Source: Camelus dromedarius | Taxonomy: Eukaryota | DNA length: 64,000 nt | Direction: 5' to 3' | Assembly (NCBI RefSeq): GCF_036321535.1 | Contig: NC_087436.1 | Span: forward strand, 33,482,001-33,546,000 | Shown here: in pieces, positions 12,922 through 26,439 of the stretch | Position numbering within the stretch: the stretch's first letter is position 1 | How the letters are laid out: every line of letters starts with the position of its first letter | Made by a program: the position numbers and the translations under genes | The notes under the pieces: model-generated | Database searches by the model: none | Told to the model about the DNA's origin: nothing | Seen by the model: the letters and a program-made list of their open reading frames with translations, nothing else

Positions 12922-13410
12922 TTTTTTTTCTCTCAGTTTTATTGATATACAGTTGACACACAGCACTGTGTAAGTTTAAAGTGTACAGTATAATGACTTG
13001 ACTTCCATATAACATGAAATGATTACCACAGTAACTTTAGTGAATACTCATTATCTGATACAGATACAAAATTAAAGAAATAGAAAAAAGTTTTTCCTTG
13101 TGATGAGAAACCCTAAAATGTACTCTCTAAACCACTTTCATATGCAGCGTGCATCCGTGTTAATGGTATTAATCATGCTGTATATTGTGTACATATTACT
13201 TATCTTTTAACTGGAAGTTCATACCTTTTGACTGTCTTCATCCAGTTTCTCCTCCCCTCATCCACACCACTGGTAGCCACAAATCTGATCTCTTTTTCTA
13301 TGAGTTTGCTTGTTTTTGAAATATAATTGACTTATAACAGTGTTAGTTTCTATTATACGACATATCAATTTGATATTTCTGTACATTTCAAAATGATCAC
13401 CATGATAAGA
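12922..13410 (-). mobile_element. L1 3' UTR fragment (L1MA9/laurasiatherian-type)
   Basis: T-tract then ttttattgatatacagttgaca...gtaagtttaaagtgtacag...ccttgtgatgagaa...tttcaaaatgatcaccatgataag, a typical antisense L1 3' end. Confidence 0.8.
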
Positions 13411-13679
13411 CTCATACTTTCTTGTTCATCCTCTGCTGTCTCATCCACTTGTGCACGTCCAGCAGTTCTTTCCGATATAACCATTAGAACAAATATATTC
13501 AGAGAATTTACAGGTTAACATACTGGGTGTATTCCTATGTATGCTTCTGTAGTACTTTAATTATAAAACAATTACTATCTAGAAAAGTAGTAACTGATAA
13601 AGTCATTAATAGAATAATAATAGTACAACCGCAAAATCAAATGGCCTAACTTTTATGTGTATATGTGAACTTGTGTATG

Positions 13680-13825
13680 TATTTTAACATTTTCAAGCTT
13701 CTGTGTCTATTGGTAAAGCTAGGAGTAATGTCTGCGATAACTACTTCACAGGACTGTAGTAAAAATTCGATGAGTTAATATAAGAAATAAAGTGCTCTAT
13801 AGAATTCAGAGCACCATATAAATTT
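13680..13825 (+). mobile_element. MIR fragment
   Basis: actacttcacaggactgtagtaaaaattcgatgagttaatat...aaagtgctctatagaa resembles the MIR core and 3' part. Confidence 0.55.
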
Positions 13826-14299
13826 CGGGCATTGTAGTTCATGGTGTTGAGAAGCACCTGGGGAGTGGTCTTTCTTCAGGGGTGGATGGCTACAAACTGG
13901 GGCAGAGGGGATTTGGAGGCAGCAGGAAGAGAATGAGTAGAAGGAGTAGAAGGAAAGCCTTCTGTGTTGCCCTGCCTGTCTGCTGGGTTGCTCTGGAACA
14001 GTTATCACCTGTCTCTTACACGTAGAAATCAGTGATCTTTCCCAGGTCTCCAGGCCAGTGTTCACACCTACTGGGCCAGCATCACCATGAGAGCAGAAAA
14101 GCAGACCCTGCAAGGGAGAGTTGATGAAAACAGACAACATGATGAGCCATATGTGTTTCCTCCTCTACTTCTGTTTTAAATATCCTATTGTTTCTCCCTG
14201 AAGATTTGAATTAGACCCCTGAGCAATAGGGTTGTCTGGTGGACAGTGGCAGCAAAGGTGGGTAGTCCAGGGTTTAAGGGATTCAGAGGCTTTCTGCCC

Positions 14300-14326
14300 A
14301 TGACTCAGCACCTGTCAGCTGTTTAA
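14300..14326 (+). promoter_or_regulatory. NF-E2/NRF2 (ARE/MARE) consensus overlapping E-boxes
   Basis: ATGACTCAGCA at 14300-14310 (perfect RTGACTCAGCA), immediately followed by CACCTG, TGTCA and CAGCTG. Motif match only. Confidence 0.3.
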
Positions 14327-14539
14327 TCTCATTCTGCCTGACACAGATTAGGGCCTTTCTCCTTGACTCTGTGACTCTTATTAGAGCAAGTACCCAACAC
14401 CCTGAGGGAAAGATGAGTTCATAGTGAAAATATTTTTCACCATTGAACTACTATAAAAGACAAGAAAAAGATTATCCTCTGAAGTGGTATTATTGAACTA
14501 GTTTCATCATGTATTTAAACTAAGTATGGTAAATTACAT

Positions 14540-15120
14540 CAAATTAAAAATAATGAAAATATTTCTCTTTTAATATATCACCATACGTGTGGAGGACTCC
14601 AAGTGGATTACAGACTTAATTATGAAAGGTAATACAAGAAAGTTTATAGAGAAAAATGTCAGGGCTTTTACCCTTGTGATCTAGGAGAATAAAGGAGTTT
14701 TTAAACATTTCAAAAACATGAACTGTATTAAATACAATTAACTTTGTGATACCATGCTTAATTATTTATTATCAGTGAAGAAGAACATGCCAAAGGTTAT
14801 ATAGATGAAATAATGGAGGAACAGCTGTAATATCTAAAACTCACAATGAACTAACATCTGGAATATTCAGGAAACTTACAAAGAGCAGCATCCCTCCAAA
14901 AGAGGTACAAAGGGTATTAACTGATTGGTCATAGGAAACACCAAGGCTAACATGCATATGAAGTGATGTTCAAACCCACTGAAAGTGAGGAATAGAAATT
15001 TAAATAAAAGCTTTCAGTTTATACTGTGAGGTTGTCAAATATTAGGAAGCTGGTGAATACCAATGTTGGTGTAGATGTGGAATATAGAAAACCATGTACA
15101 GATAGTCAGAATATACCCTG
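14540..15120 (+). mobile_element. Old L1 ORF2 3' remnant
   Basis: actccaagtggattacagacttaat, catatgaagtgatgttcaaacccact, aataccaatgttggtgtagatgtggaatatagaaa are decayed L1 ORF2 C-terminal landmarks. Confidence 0.7.
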
Positions 15121-16544
15121 GTTTTTAGCTTTTGCTCAATCCTACGTGGTCTCTTGATCACACATCAGTCTTCCTCTTCCTTTGAACTTTCTGTAAAAAA
15201 AGTCTCTTGTTTTGAGTCACATATCTTTCCTTTAAAATTTTAATGTCTTTTGCTTGCAAACAGATTTGCCAAATGAGAATAGTATCTTCATATACAACTA
15301 ATGAAAGAGAAAATGATTAGAAGGTTTGTTTATTAAACTACTTGTATTTTTGCTTTTTATGTTTTCTTAGAATGTATTCCTATCTGGGCTTATATTAAGC
15401 AGTTTGTTTTGGGAAGTCTAGGCAAAATTTTGGAAGGAAAGACTTGCTGACAAGATTGCAGTTTTGTATGTGTGTTTATTTGCACAAATGGATTAGCTAA
15501 AATGCCATGTTTTCTCAATAAAAACTAAGGAATTTAAAGTTACATAAAATAATAATTTAAAATGAACATCATTTTAATGAGATGTTAACAATAAAATATA
15601 ATGTAACATATAATATAAAATATTATGGCATATCTACTGGAAATGTCTACCAGATTGCAGTGATCTAAACTAATAACAACATTTAAACTGCAGAGGAATT
15701 AACTTTCAAAAGTGCAACTTTTTCCAATGTAGAATATGATTCAAACCATTTTAGAGCACTTCTCTTTTAAAAGGTGAAAGTTCGGGAAAGAATTTAATAT
15801 GAAACTGATTGTGGTTAGAAAAACAGGAGCTGGCCTTATTTTTCTTGAAAAAGCAAAAGTAAGGGAGACCTCAAATTATACCCTTATCCAAAACCCAACA
15901 CCTAAAGCAACATTATGACCTCTTCTAAAGTTGCCTGGGGACATAAACTCAGAACTTACTGCAAAATGGCTGTGTAATTGAAATTTTAATATCACTTTCT
16001 AAGCAGACTTACTCTCCTTGGGTGTCCAGAGAGTGCCACAGACACTTTCAGACTGCAAGTTCCCTGTGTACGGGGTCCCAGAGCAAAGTGGGAGGCCTTC
16101 AGACCACGGAAAGTAAACTTGATTTTCTTTTCACTTTGAATAAACAGAGTTTGCAAGTTGTACCGAGTAGGAAGACTTTCCACAATTCCCTGATGCTGAG
16201 AAGTATTGTGTCCCTAGTCTCTCTCAGTACCCTAAATTAGAATCCATAAGAAAACCTGTTAACTCTTCCATATAACCTATATCTACACAATAAGATACGA
16301 ATAGCAATCTGGAGAGGTCCAAAATGCTTCATAGCTTAATCTAATGAAAGGTTCCAGAGTTTTGGCAACCAAAGATTAATGGGTTTATGAATCTGTCATT
16401 GGACACATAGTATTTTATTTTTTTTAATTTAAAAATTCAGTATCATAGACCCATTTTGAGCACAGAGACCCAGTGAACCTTTGTAAACTCTCTTCTGAGA
16501 CACAGCAGTCTTCATTTTTTTTGATGCAAGCTTTTCAGTGGGGA

Positions 16545-16595
16545 AACAAAACAAAACCAACAAAACAAAACAAAACAAAACAACCAACCCAAAAC
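16545..16595. repeat. (AAAAC)n microsatellite
   Basis: aaacaaaacaaaaccaacaaaacaaaacaaaacaaaacaacc seen directly. Confidence 0.9.
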
Positions 16596-17829
16596 ATGCT
16601 ATATTTCTTCATTTCCAGTCTATTTCCTGGCATTGGCTGTATCCAAAAAAGACAGAATCAAGCCACCACAAGAAAGACTTTTGTACTGGAATTCCAAGCC
16701 AGGCACAAACCAAAGCCCAAAGCCTACTGAAAACCTCATGGGAAAAAGCATTTTGTAAGGTTTCCACTTTCAAAAACTTCATTCTATCATTTGAGTCAGC
16801 AGGTGATTCAAGACCATCCATCACTAATCATAGTTGTATTATTATTTTTAAAGGAGGTCCATCTTAACATATTGTTATGAGGGATTTGTTTCTCAAAAGA
16901 TATTGTTCCAAATCTAACCATTTCTGAAAACACAGAGTTCTCTTTAATTTCCTTAAGTATTCTACAACCACAAAGTCTCTAAAAACATCACAGCCCATCT
17001 TTATTACATCTCAGTTTGGTGAAGCTTTTGTAATAAAGAGTGGAAATTCAGAATTCACACTTTAGTTTTATATACTTTTTAAATATATGAGAAGAGAAAA
17101 TTCTAGACATTGTAGAAACTCAAGATAAAAATTAAAGACCACGAGGTTATGTGGTGAAAGGGGGCAGGCCGTGAATGCTCTCCCGACGTGGGGATTCTGC
17201 CTTCCCTAGGTAGATTCGCTGCCCCTCCCCTTTTCTCTCTGCAGTCTTTGATCTGATCTGCATTCTCTCCCATTGCCATACACATCTTTCCCCTCCTGAT
17301 TTCTCTCCCTTTAAGACTTCTAAAGAGTCAGGATGTATTTCCCAGTTATTATTCATATACAGTGTCTCTGCACAAAACACACAATCACCTTTTCATGTTT
17401 TAAATTTTCTAGTAAACTTATTGGATTAAGCAAAATAGTGAATATTGAAGCAGTTTCATTATATGACATCTAGTAAAATCATGGGCTAATGTTGTTCATA
17501 CTTCCATCACGCACATCATGCCAATCTCTGTATCCTTCTCTCTTCATTTCTTGACCCGACCTGGAGATTCATTCTGAACAGAGCATTTCTGGTGTAGCCT
17601 GGTCCAATTAATGCCAGACCAACTTCCTCTAATCAAAATACATTACCTAATGCTTTGTTTTTCTTCTGGATTTTCATTTGCTTATTCTCTATTGGGTCAT
17701 TTCCATTCACATTTTTAAATGACACACTACCTCTCATCCTTCAAAAATCTTTTCTAATCATAAGCCCCTGTTATGACCACATTTTACTCTCAAAGTTCTC
17801 TCCTTAAGCTATTTGCCTTTTCTTTCTCA

Positions 17830-19205
17830 CTTCCCGCTCCCTTTAGCCTCTGATCCCTCCAGTCTACTGAAAACGCTCTTGTTAAAACACTAGTGAACTC
17901 TATGTTGCTAAATCCAATGTAGAATTTTTAATACTCGATGCCTACTTTAACCTTTTAGATGTATTTGAAAAGTTCTGTGTTCCTCTCTTTGTGAAAATTC
18001 TCTCTTCTATTGCCTCTTATGACGTATATTCTCTTGATTTTCTTCTACATCTTTAGGTTCTTTTTTTTTTTTTTTTTTTCATTTTTTGCTTCTATTTTTT
18101 CTCCCCTTTCCTTTAATATCTTTGTATATCTTTAGGTCTTTACTCACTACATAGCTTCATCCAAAGCAAGTATATCAATTCCTGTATCTTAAAAATATCA
18201 CCTGTTTCTGGAAACCTTCCAATTTATCTCTATCTCTGATTTCTCTTCTGATCTCCACACTCCTATATCCAAATGGTAACTTGACATGAGGGTTTTGACG
18301 ATCAATAGATATCTCAGATTAAGATGCCTCAAATGGTACTCTTAATCTTTATCTTCAAACCTATTATTCCTCCAGACCACCCTCATTTTCATAATTGGCA
18401 TCAATGATGTGAACCATGAACTTGGGTATTTCACTTTCCACTGCCTGTCTCCCAACCCCACAATAAATTTCCAGGAATTGTTGATTTCCCTTCCAAAACA
18501 TATATACCATCCTTCCATTGGTTACCTTTTTCACTGCTTTCTGCATAGTCCTCGTCATTGCTCTCTCTTCTCTGACCTATTATATTTGCCTCCATATGGC
18601 CTTGTAATGTCCATCTTTGCTTCTGTGTAATGAACTCCTCACCCAGTAACTAGTGATCTTGTTTAAAAATAAAGAAAGTCATGCCAGCCCTAGCTTAAAA
18701 TTATACAACTTCTTCTCATTGACTTTGAAATAAAATCTTGAATCCTTATCATTAGCTAATCATGTGTGCAACATCCAGCCTTTATTTAACTCTCAATGCT
18801 CGTTTCTAGCCACTCTCCATCTATACTTTCCCTGTGTCAGCCTCATTGGTCTTTTCAGTTCCCGCTTAGTTCAAATGCTTTTATTCTTCAGGACCTTTGA
18901 ACAGGCTATATCTTCTGATTTGAATAATCACCCTGACTCTTCACGTATTAAACCCTATCATTATTAGGGTTGGTGGTACACAACTCAGTATTTTCCTGAT
19001 TCCACAGTTGAATCTAGATGGCTTTTGTTATTCCTTTTCATATTACCCAGTTATTACCTTTAGAGGAAATAACAAAGGTAGCATTAATATGGTTTCTTTT
19101 CTTGGATTGTTTATTGTCTGCCTTACATACTAGATTATAAGCTTTATCAGGCAGGGGCCATTACCATATTTTTCAGTGGTACACACTCAGTATAACACCT
19201 GTGTG
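17830..19205 (+). mobile_element. L2 LINE (RT region to 3' end), decayed
   Basis: tctactgaaaacgctcttgttaaa...tatgttgctaaatccaat translates STENALVK...YVAKSN (L2 RT 'STETALVKVTNDL.VAKSNG'); ends ttgtttattgtctgcc...tagattataagcttt...ggcagggg (L2 3' end). Confidence 0.8.
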
Positions 19206-19559
19206 TTTCAGAATTTTCCTCCAATTTTTTTGGTCTATGATATGCTTTACTGCCACCTTTGTCCACTTCAATCCTGTCCCCATATTACTAATTAAAAAAT
19301 GAAGTATTTACTGCACATCCTCTTTCTTTGTTTCTGCCATTCTCATCCTTCCTCTCCTTGAAATATTATGCTCAATCTGGATAATGGTAATTCCAGAGTT
19401 TCTGTTGCATTGGCAGTGGCTTGGTCTGTATGGCTAATTCCAACCAGATCCTTCTGTTGTGGATAGTAATGTCCCAAGCGAGCAGCAGAGTTTCAGGCAG
19501 CATTTCCAGGCATTGATTCCCATCTGGAAGGATGAGAAGGGAAGGGAAAACAAGAACCA

Positions 19560-19810
19560 GAGAGTTTGCATATGCTGAATGTTGCCTCCTGACACCAAAG
19601 GCGTTATGTCAGGCTGTCCACAGGTCAGGTGACCACATAGTCCTCATGCCATGGGAATGTTCTTTCTTCTTTATGAGCATTCCCCTATTTAAAACAAACA
19701 CACAAACAAAACAATCAATCAACCAAACAGAAAAACCTAAATATCTCAGCTAGCGAGTCAAAGAGGGATGATTCAAATTTAGAAATTAAATGCCAAATTG
19801 CCAGTACTGC
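19560..19810 (-). mobile_element. Degenerate MIR
   Basis: cagctagcgagtcaaagagggatgattcaaattt resembles antisense MIR; heavily diverged. Confidence 0.35.
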
Positions 19811-20599
19811 AGATAACCCTTATTGGGTGGGGATAATGAGGTTGAATCTGTTCTGGGCCCAGCATTCACTCTTCTCTGTAAGAACCACGTTGCTTCTGTT
19901 GTGTTGGAATGTCTGCTGTCTCTTGCTCACTCTATGTGGATATGTTTTGCTTATGTACTTAAGTACGATTTTAAGTCTGAGCTTTGATCATAGAATAATA
20001 TACCTTCCTTAGTTGGTCCTGCAATTGTAATTACCTGATTTATTTTTAACAAACATCAAAAAAGCTAATGAGGTGCTCTTATGTTATCTAACAGAACCTC
20101 TGTGTCTACATTCTTCCTGTGTTATCTGAGATGCCTTTCATTGTGACAGTGCGGTACATGATAGCTGGAGCATTTCTAGCTGTTTTGGTGAGAAGAGATC
20201 GCTTTCCAATAGTATAATAAATGAACTCCTATCAAACAGAATATAAACTATCATATTTCCATTACACAAAATTAAAAAGTAACACCCACACACAGGAGCA
20301 CTAACTTGGGAAAATTCAGTCACTTCATTAACCATGTAATACAGGTTACATAAATATTATAATAACTTATTCTGTATTATTTCTTGAAGTGATTCTAAAA
20401 AGAACTCCAAAAAAGCCCCAAACTCATGCACAACATTAATATTTCTATCAATGACTCGAGCTCTCCTTTAAATAACAGTATACTTGGCAGGGGATGGAAA
20501 GTGTCATTGCTCCTCTGAATTAAATAATTTTTTATCATATTACCTGTTTTAATGCAAATGTGCTACCAAATCTATCCACCATAAATACAAGTGGGTCCC

Positions 20600-20847
20600 T
20601 TCCTCACTTTCTTTATGTTCTTAATCATTGAGAATTTCCTTGTAAATGTTGCTTGAACTATCACATTCACCCGTAATCTGGTACGCCCTGTGTCTGTTAT
20701 ATTGAGTTGCATTTCACATATCACATAACACTGTTTGACATAGTTACTTGCGTTCATTGTCCCTCTCCCTATTAGTATTTGAGCTTCATGAGGGTGGGGC
20801 ATTTATTATGTCCTATACAGTATCCCCTGATATAAAATGGTGCCTGA
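20600..20847 (+). mobile_element. L2 3' end (interrupted by L1; tail resumes at 21656-21700)
   Basis: ttgtccctctccctattagtatttgagcttcatgagggtgggg...gtatcccct...tggtgcctga, and after the L1: tacaaagtagaacctcaatatttgttgaatagaagaa (L2 tail). Confidence 0.7.
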
Positions 20848-21645
20848 GATTTGAATAGACATTTCACTAAGGAAGATAAATGAAAGGCCGTAAGCACATG
20901 AACAGATGCTCAATATCATGAGTCCTTAGGGAAATGCATTTCAGAATCATGAGACACCACTTCACACTATGTAGGTTGGATGTAATCACGATGATATACA
21001 AAAGCAAGTGCTGGTGGGGATGTGGTAAAATTGGAAACCTCATACATTTCTGGTGAGAACATAAAATGGTACAATGATTTTGGAAAACAGTTTGATAGTT
21101 TATAAAAAAGTTAAACATAAATGATCCAGCAATTCCATTCCTAGATATATACACAAGTGAAATAAAAACATATGTCAACATAAGGGCATGTATATTAATG
21201 TTCACAGCATCAGTATTCATGAAAGCCCTAGCCTGGAACCAACCCAAATGTCAATCAACTGATAAGCATATAAACAAAATGCGCTATATCCAAACAGTGG
21301 AGTACTATTAAGCAATAGAAAGTAGTGCATTACTGATGCGTATGACCACATGCTGAACCTCAAAAAACTATGCTTTTAGGGAAAGCAGGTGAAAAAGACC
21401 CCAGATGTACAATTCCATTTATATAAAATGTTCAAAAAAGAGACAGAGTTTACTAGATATTTGCCTAGGGCTAGAGGTGGAAAAGAGAAATGATAGCAAA
21501 TGGACAGATGAGCTGTTGTAGGGGATGAAAATGACTGTGATGATTTTTGCACACCTCTGTAAATTCACTAGAAATAATTTAGTCCCAAACTTAAAACAGA
21601 TGGATTTTAAGGAATGTGAATGAGACTTTAATAAAGTTGATAAAA
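20848..21645 (+). mobile_element. L1 3' fragment (L1MB/L1ME-like)
   Basis: gatttgaatagacatttcactaaggaagat...ccagcaattccattcctagatatata...aacccaaatgtcaatcaactgat...gactttaataaagttg; the ORF at 20867-21247 is its antisense. Confidence 0.88.
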
Positions 21646-24600
21646 AGGGGACTGATACAAAGTAGAACCTCAATATTTGTTGAATAGAAGAATAATTAAA
21701 TATGTTCCTTGCTCACTAATGATCACAACCTCAGAAGAAAGAATCCATGAAGTTATTTGACGTATGAGGTGCTTGTGACTATAGTGTTATATAAAACAAA
21801 AATGTACTCACTTTATGCATATAAAGTGTGTATATGGTGGGGTGGGTTGTGTATGTACGCCTTTCCACAATCTCAGGAAATAGCTTACAGTGTAAGAGGC
21901 ATTAGAACCTAAAATGTACAACAGATTTTTTTAGATGTGGTTGTGAATTAGGAAGAAACGAGTCAAGATGCCATTACCACGGTGTTTTCTAGAGAGGAGA
22001 GTTGCAAGTACCGTCATCATGGCTTTAAGTATAAAAGTGTAATGAAGAAGGGCTTCTGTAGTCTTAGTGAAGTAGTCAGATGAGCAGAAGGCTGCTCAGA
22101 CTTGATGGTCTGCTGAAGACACAAGCACAGGAGGCTTCTGCAAAGTCTCGCTACTCTGTCCCAGCGTCTGACGCACTCTTCCTCTTAAAGGTAGCCAGGA
22201 ACACTCAAAATAATTAATTCTGATAATAATGGAAAGCAGCATCTGTATATAGCATTCAAGACCTATTCCTGCAACAGAGAGGCAAAAAAAAGGGCAAACT
22301 TTGGAATTATGATAGCTGCAATTTATAAAGTAGCCATCTATCAAAGAAGTTCTATATGGGTTTTAAAATAGAGGCTGGAGTTTTAAAAGTTATTTTCAAT
22401 AATGGAAGCTTGCTTTGTAAATTAAGCTTTGGCATTAAATCCTTTCATTGAAAAGGTGAAGTCTTAGTTTTTCCATTTTAGAAATTGTTCCAGGTCTCAT
22501 CAGTTCTTCCACGAGGGGAAACAGTTGGACTGGGTTACCATGTTCCAGCTTCTGAATATTAAACGTTGCTTTTTTCCTGAGTACATCAAAGTCAGCTAAC
22601 ACTCATTGCTTTAAACAGATTTATGAAGCCAAAGAGCAGGTTCATGAGGAGAAAAATGTGCTCTGCAAACAAATGATCAGGCCCCTGTCCTCGGCTGCCT
22701 CTCAGGTGTGAGATCATAGCAATTAAAACAAACTTCTATCTTCTGTAGAAATATGTGATTGAAAATAAAAACAGTACTCAGAGAAAACAAATGAGCAAAT
22801 GTTAATTTCATTTATTTTTAGAAAGAAGCAGAATGTTTGAAAGAAAGAAAACCACTTTGACGTTATCTGAATATTTAGGCTTTGTTAACTGTCTGATTTC
22901 CCTGGTCACACTCCCCTCAAATGAAACCAGCAGAATGATGTTGCTAGCAATAAACGAGTCAGGGATATTAGAATGTTCTCTTCTCATGCGGATCCAAAAG
23001 GCTATCTGCCAAAATGTATTAATTGGATATTTGCTTTCCAAATTATTTACATATCTGCCAAAAGTGCTTTTGAAATTTTTGGCATTAGTTACCCTGGATA
23101 AAAAGAAATATGAGCTGTAAAATAATAAAATAAACTTGAAAATAGCAGCTCTAAGTGTGTTTGAGTTCTTTATGAACAGCCAATACCTCTATTATTCAAA
23201 GTAATTTGAATCCTTTAAAAACGATATGTATGGAGTACAGAGGATACAACAACCATGGGAAACCTCATCTTAACAGTGTTCCTTATGTTCTAAATTTGCT
23301 GCAAGAAGGGACCATTAGTTATTCATAGAAGAGAGTGTAGTTATAGATGTATGAAATGGAGCTCATTATTAGATGATTTAATTCTTTTAGAAATCACATG
23401 GCATGAAACTAAAGGAAAGCATCAGAGAAAAGTGCTAATATACATGGAGAAATGGGCTCTTTAGAGATGAGTATAAACAGAACATTTACTCAAGTACTTC
23501 TTAAAATTACAGAGTGCTTAGAGAAGATTCTTACAGAAACATCTGTAAGGAAAATAGTTTTGGCCGGTATTCAAAATGGCAATAGTTCTTGGTGTGTATC
23601 TACCTGTACTTCTCCCACCTCATTTTTATTCATTCCTGTATAAGAAAAACTTAAAATGCAATATAATGCGTCCCTTATTTCAGACTCATCTAAGTTATTT
23701 TTCATCTGCTGACTTTAAGACTTTGGAGAAGTTCGATTTAGATTTTCAAACCGTCAATACTGTGTGAGTTCACCATCACCATTCTCTTTCAGTGAGGAGG
23801 GCCTGTCTTGCGTTCAAGCTGTTGTAAACCCTGGAATAGTCTCAAATTGCCTAACAGCCAGTTTATGAAGTCCCAGTTTAGAAGGGCAACAGACATGGCT
23901 TGGAGGTGAAATGCCAGAGGGGATGATTTGCATTCCTAATTTAAGATAGAACTTCAGCTCATTCAATAGGTCTTAAATTTCAGTTTGAGGACTGATGATG
24001 TTGTGTGATGCCTTTTTTTAACTATTAGATGACGGAAGTGGAGAATAATAACGTAGTGCTATTTTGAAGTAAATTTTAAAGACTAGGTTTTAGTGACTGT
24101 TGTTTCTTCATATGAACAAACACACACATACAAATAAATGTGTGTACACGTGTGTATATATACATATGTGGGTGTATAGACTTCACTTGACTAAAAGACT
24201 GGATAATTTGTTGATTGATTTTAACATCCTGATCTGAAAAAATTAAAGGTTAGCAACCCTAAGATGGAAACTCCTTTATTAATGATCCATGAAATTTCAA
24301 ATTCTAAGAATCAAAATGTTCAAGGGACCTGTAAGCAAAATTCCGTGTGGTGCCCCAAATTTATAACTCTTCAGGTGCCTGCTGTTCTCAGGCTGTCACC
24401 ACAGACCTTGACTCCAACCTTGGATTTCAAATCTGATGGGTTTCAAAGGGAGCACCTTTTTATTAATCATGCTGTAGTATGAATTTGAGTCACTGTTCAT
24501 TTTCTCTCAGGTGTCTTTCAAGTTAAGAATTAAAAGTGAAGTTAGGTATTTTTCATCTGTTAGAAGTCCTCTAGTCATAGACGAATGTGTCACTTGTAGG

Positions 24601-25870
24601 CAGGACATCAGTACTTTCCATTGCCTAAACCCCTGGCCACATCCCTGTGCAGGATGGTGCTTTCTCCCCGGGGGACCACAGGAAGGAAGATTGTGGCAGA
24701 GGCTGATCTTCCCTCTGTCCAACCCTGTGATTCTTTACAGACTCTTCTTCTCTCTAATATTCAGTCTCTTTATTCATCATAATAATTTGCATTTGACTCT
24801 ATAGCTGCATGAGACATCAATCAAGAGTCTCATGCAATTAAAGGGAATAATTATATAGGAAGATAATTTCTTTTTAATGTGCTTCATATGAAAATCTAGG
24901 TTCTTAGCCTTGTTTCTTTGACCTCAGGTCTTGCCTCCTTCAAAAGTAATTTTCTACCATGTTAATGTTCCCCACCCTTTGGAACACCTTCCATCCTACT
25001 CACATGGATGGGGAATCTCTGGAGGATTCCTACTCTCTTCAGTATCTCATGTCCCCAGTGTTGGTTAGCTCGGTCTAGAATAACAGTCCCTGCCCCCTGC
25101 CCGGGATGAGGAGATAGTAGAAACTGTAGTCTAATTCTACATGGAAGAGAATGATAGACGTTTTCTTTAACTGTGTCTTAATTTCTGAAATTTCAATTAT
25201 GATGATCCATCAAATGGTTTGTGGCTATAAGAGTCATGTTTTAGAATTACTGAGAAAGTAGTGTTTGTCTTTACCTAGGACTAAGTGAAATTCTTAGAAA
25301 AATGTTACCTTCTCAGTACAACATGGCAGCAGGAGAAAGATAACGTGAGGGTTCGTGGTTCTTGGCAGTTGTCAGAGTTCAGGAAGGGCAGGTCCATTGT
25401 TAGTAAAGGCTGAAGTGAAATTTCTTTATAGAATAATACCTTGACAGGTCAGAAAGCTCCTTGTTCCGGAGTCTATTCTTTTTCTTAACCTTCCAAGGAG
25501 TTGGGAAAAAAAAAAAGTTTCGACTCAGAGGTTTTGAGATCTTGGGAGGTACAACATTTGTCACCAACTCTCTTTTCTATGCATTGACAGACATTGAAAT
25601 CCCTGGGGAATGGTTTATTGGCCTCTCTTTGAAATAATTATAAGGCACTTACTTTGTCAAGAGGTGACAAGTATGGTGGGTAGAGGGAAATAAAAAAAGA
25701 TGGTCCTCATGGCCTTTCCCACAGAGAACAACATGCTGTCACCCTTTTACCTGAATTTGCCAAATTGTGGTTCTGGACATTTTTCTCAGGGATTTCCCAA
25801 CCAGCATGAAATGAAGCAGACAAGAACAAACAACTCAAGTTTTATTTTAAAATCACCAAAATGATTGATG

Positions 25871-26024
25871 CAGAATTTTTCAATCTGAATTTTATGGAAT
25901 TCAGACTACCTGTGTCTGAGGTTTCCTGATAAATGGGCTCATCACATTTCTCTCTGTAGGAGGTCCATGCCTTCTGTTAGATTCTCAAAGGCAATTCAAG
26001 ACCTTAAAAGTGTTAATATGCATT
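25871..26024. mobile_element. Small hAT-Charlie-derived MITE (MER103C-like)
   Basis: gaggtccatgccttctgttagattctcaaagg...gaccttaaaagtgttaa resembles the recalled terminus 'gggtccatagctttcatcagattctcaaagggg...aaggttaagaaccactg'. Confidence 0.45.
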
Positions 26025-26439
26025 AATGATATGTATTAAAATTCATTGATATAACATTAAGAGGATAGTTATAAGATGTGCATTTCACTTTGTTCTGTGT
26101 AATAATAATTCCACTGGTAACTGTCCTAGTTTCAGTTCACAAATGCAGAGCCTGAAAAAGGACTTAGAATATTGTTTGAAATGTGATCAGAGGAAGTAGG
26201 TGAGAGAATAGGGGGAGTGAGACAGAAAATGAGGAAAAGTGAATCAATGGTCTGTTTTCATGGTTACTCTCCATGCAACACGCAAGTGCTGGACTTGCAG
26301 AAACTTCCGAGAAATGTACCAAATGTTTTTCTGCATTGTCCATCCGAAGTATGGAAACTGGAGCATTTGTCTCCTGCCTTCCATCATTTCTCATAAATTG
26401 AAAATTGTCCTCTGAGCACTGACTGTAACTCCCATATTG

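Noticed and set aside
13775..14140. 121-aa minus-strand ORF
   Set aside because: No recognisable domain, runs into a MIR, no convincing splice or Kozak support.
15992..16183. Minus-strand GA|GTAAGT donor at 16012-16007 within a 63-aa ORF
   Set aside because: No convincing upstream acceptor and the peptide is unrecognised; isolated donors are common by chance.
23780..23910. ttctctttcag acceptor followed by TGA, with a possible GAG|GTGAAA donor
   Set aside because: Could close the speculative 22080 micro-ORF, but would stack speculation without independent support.
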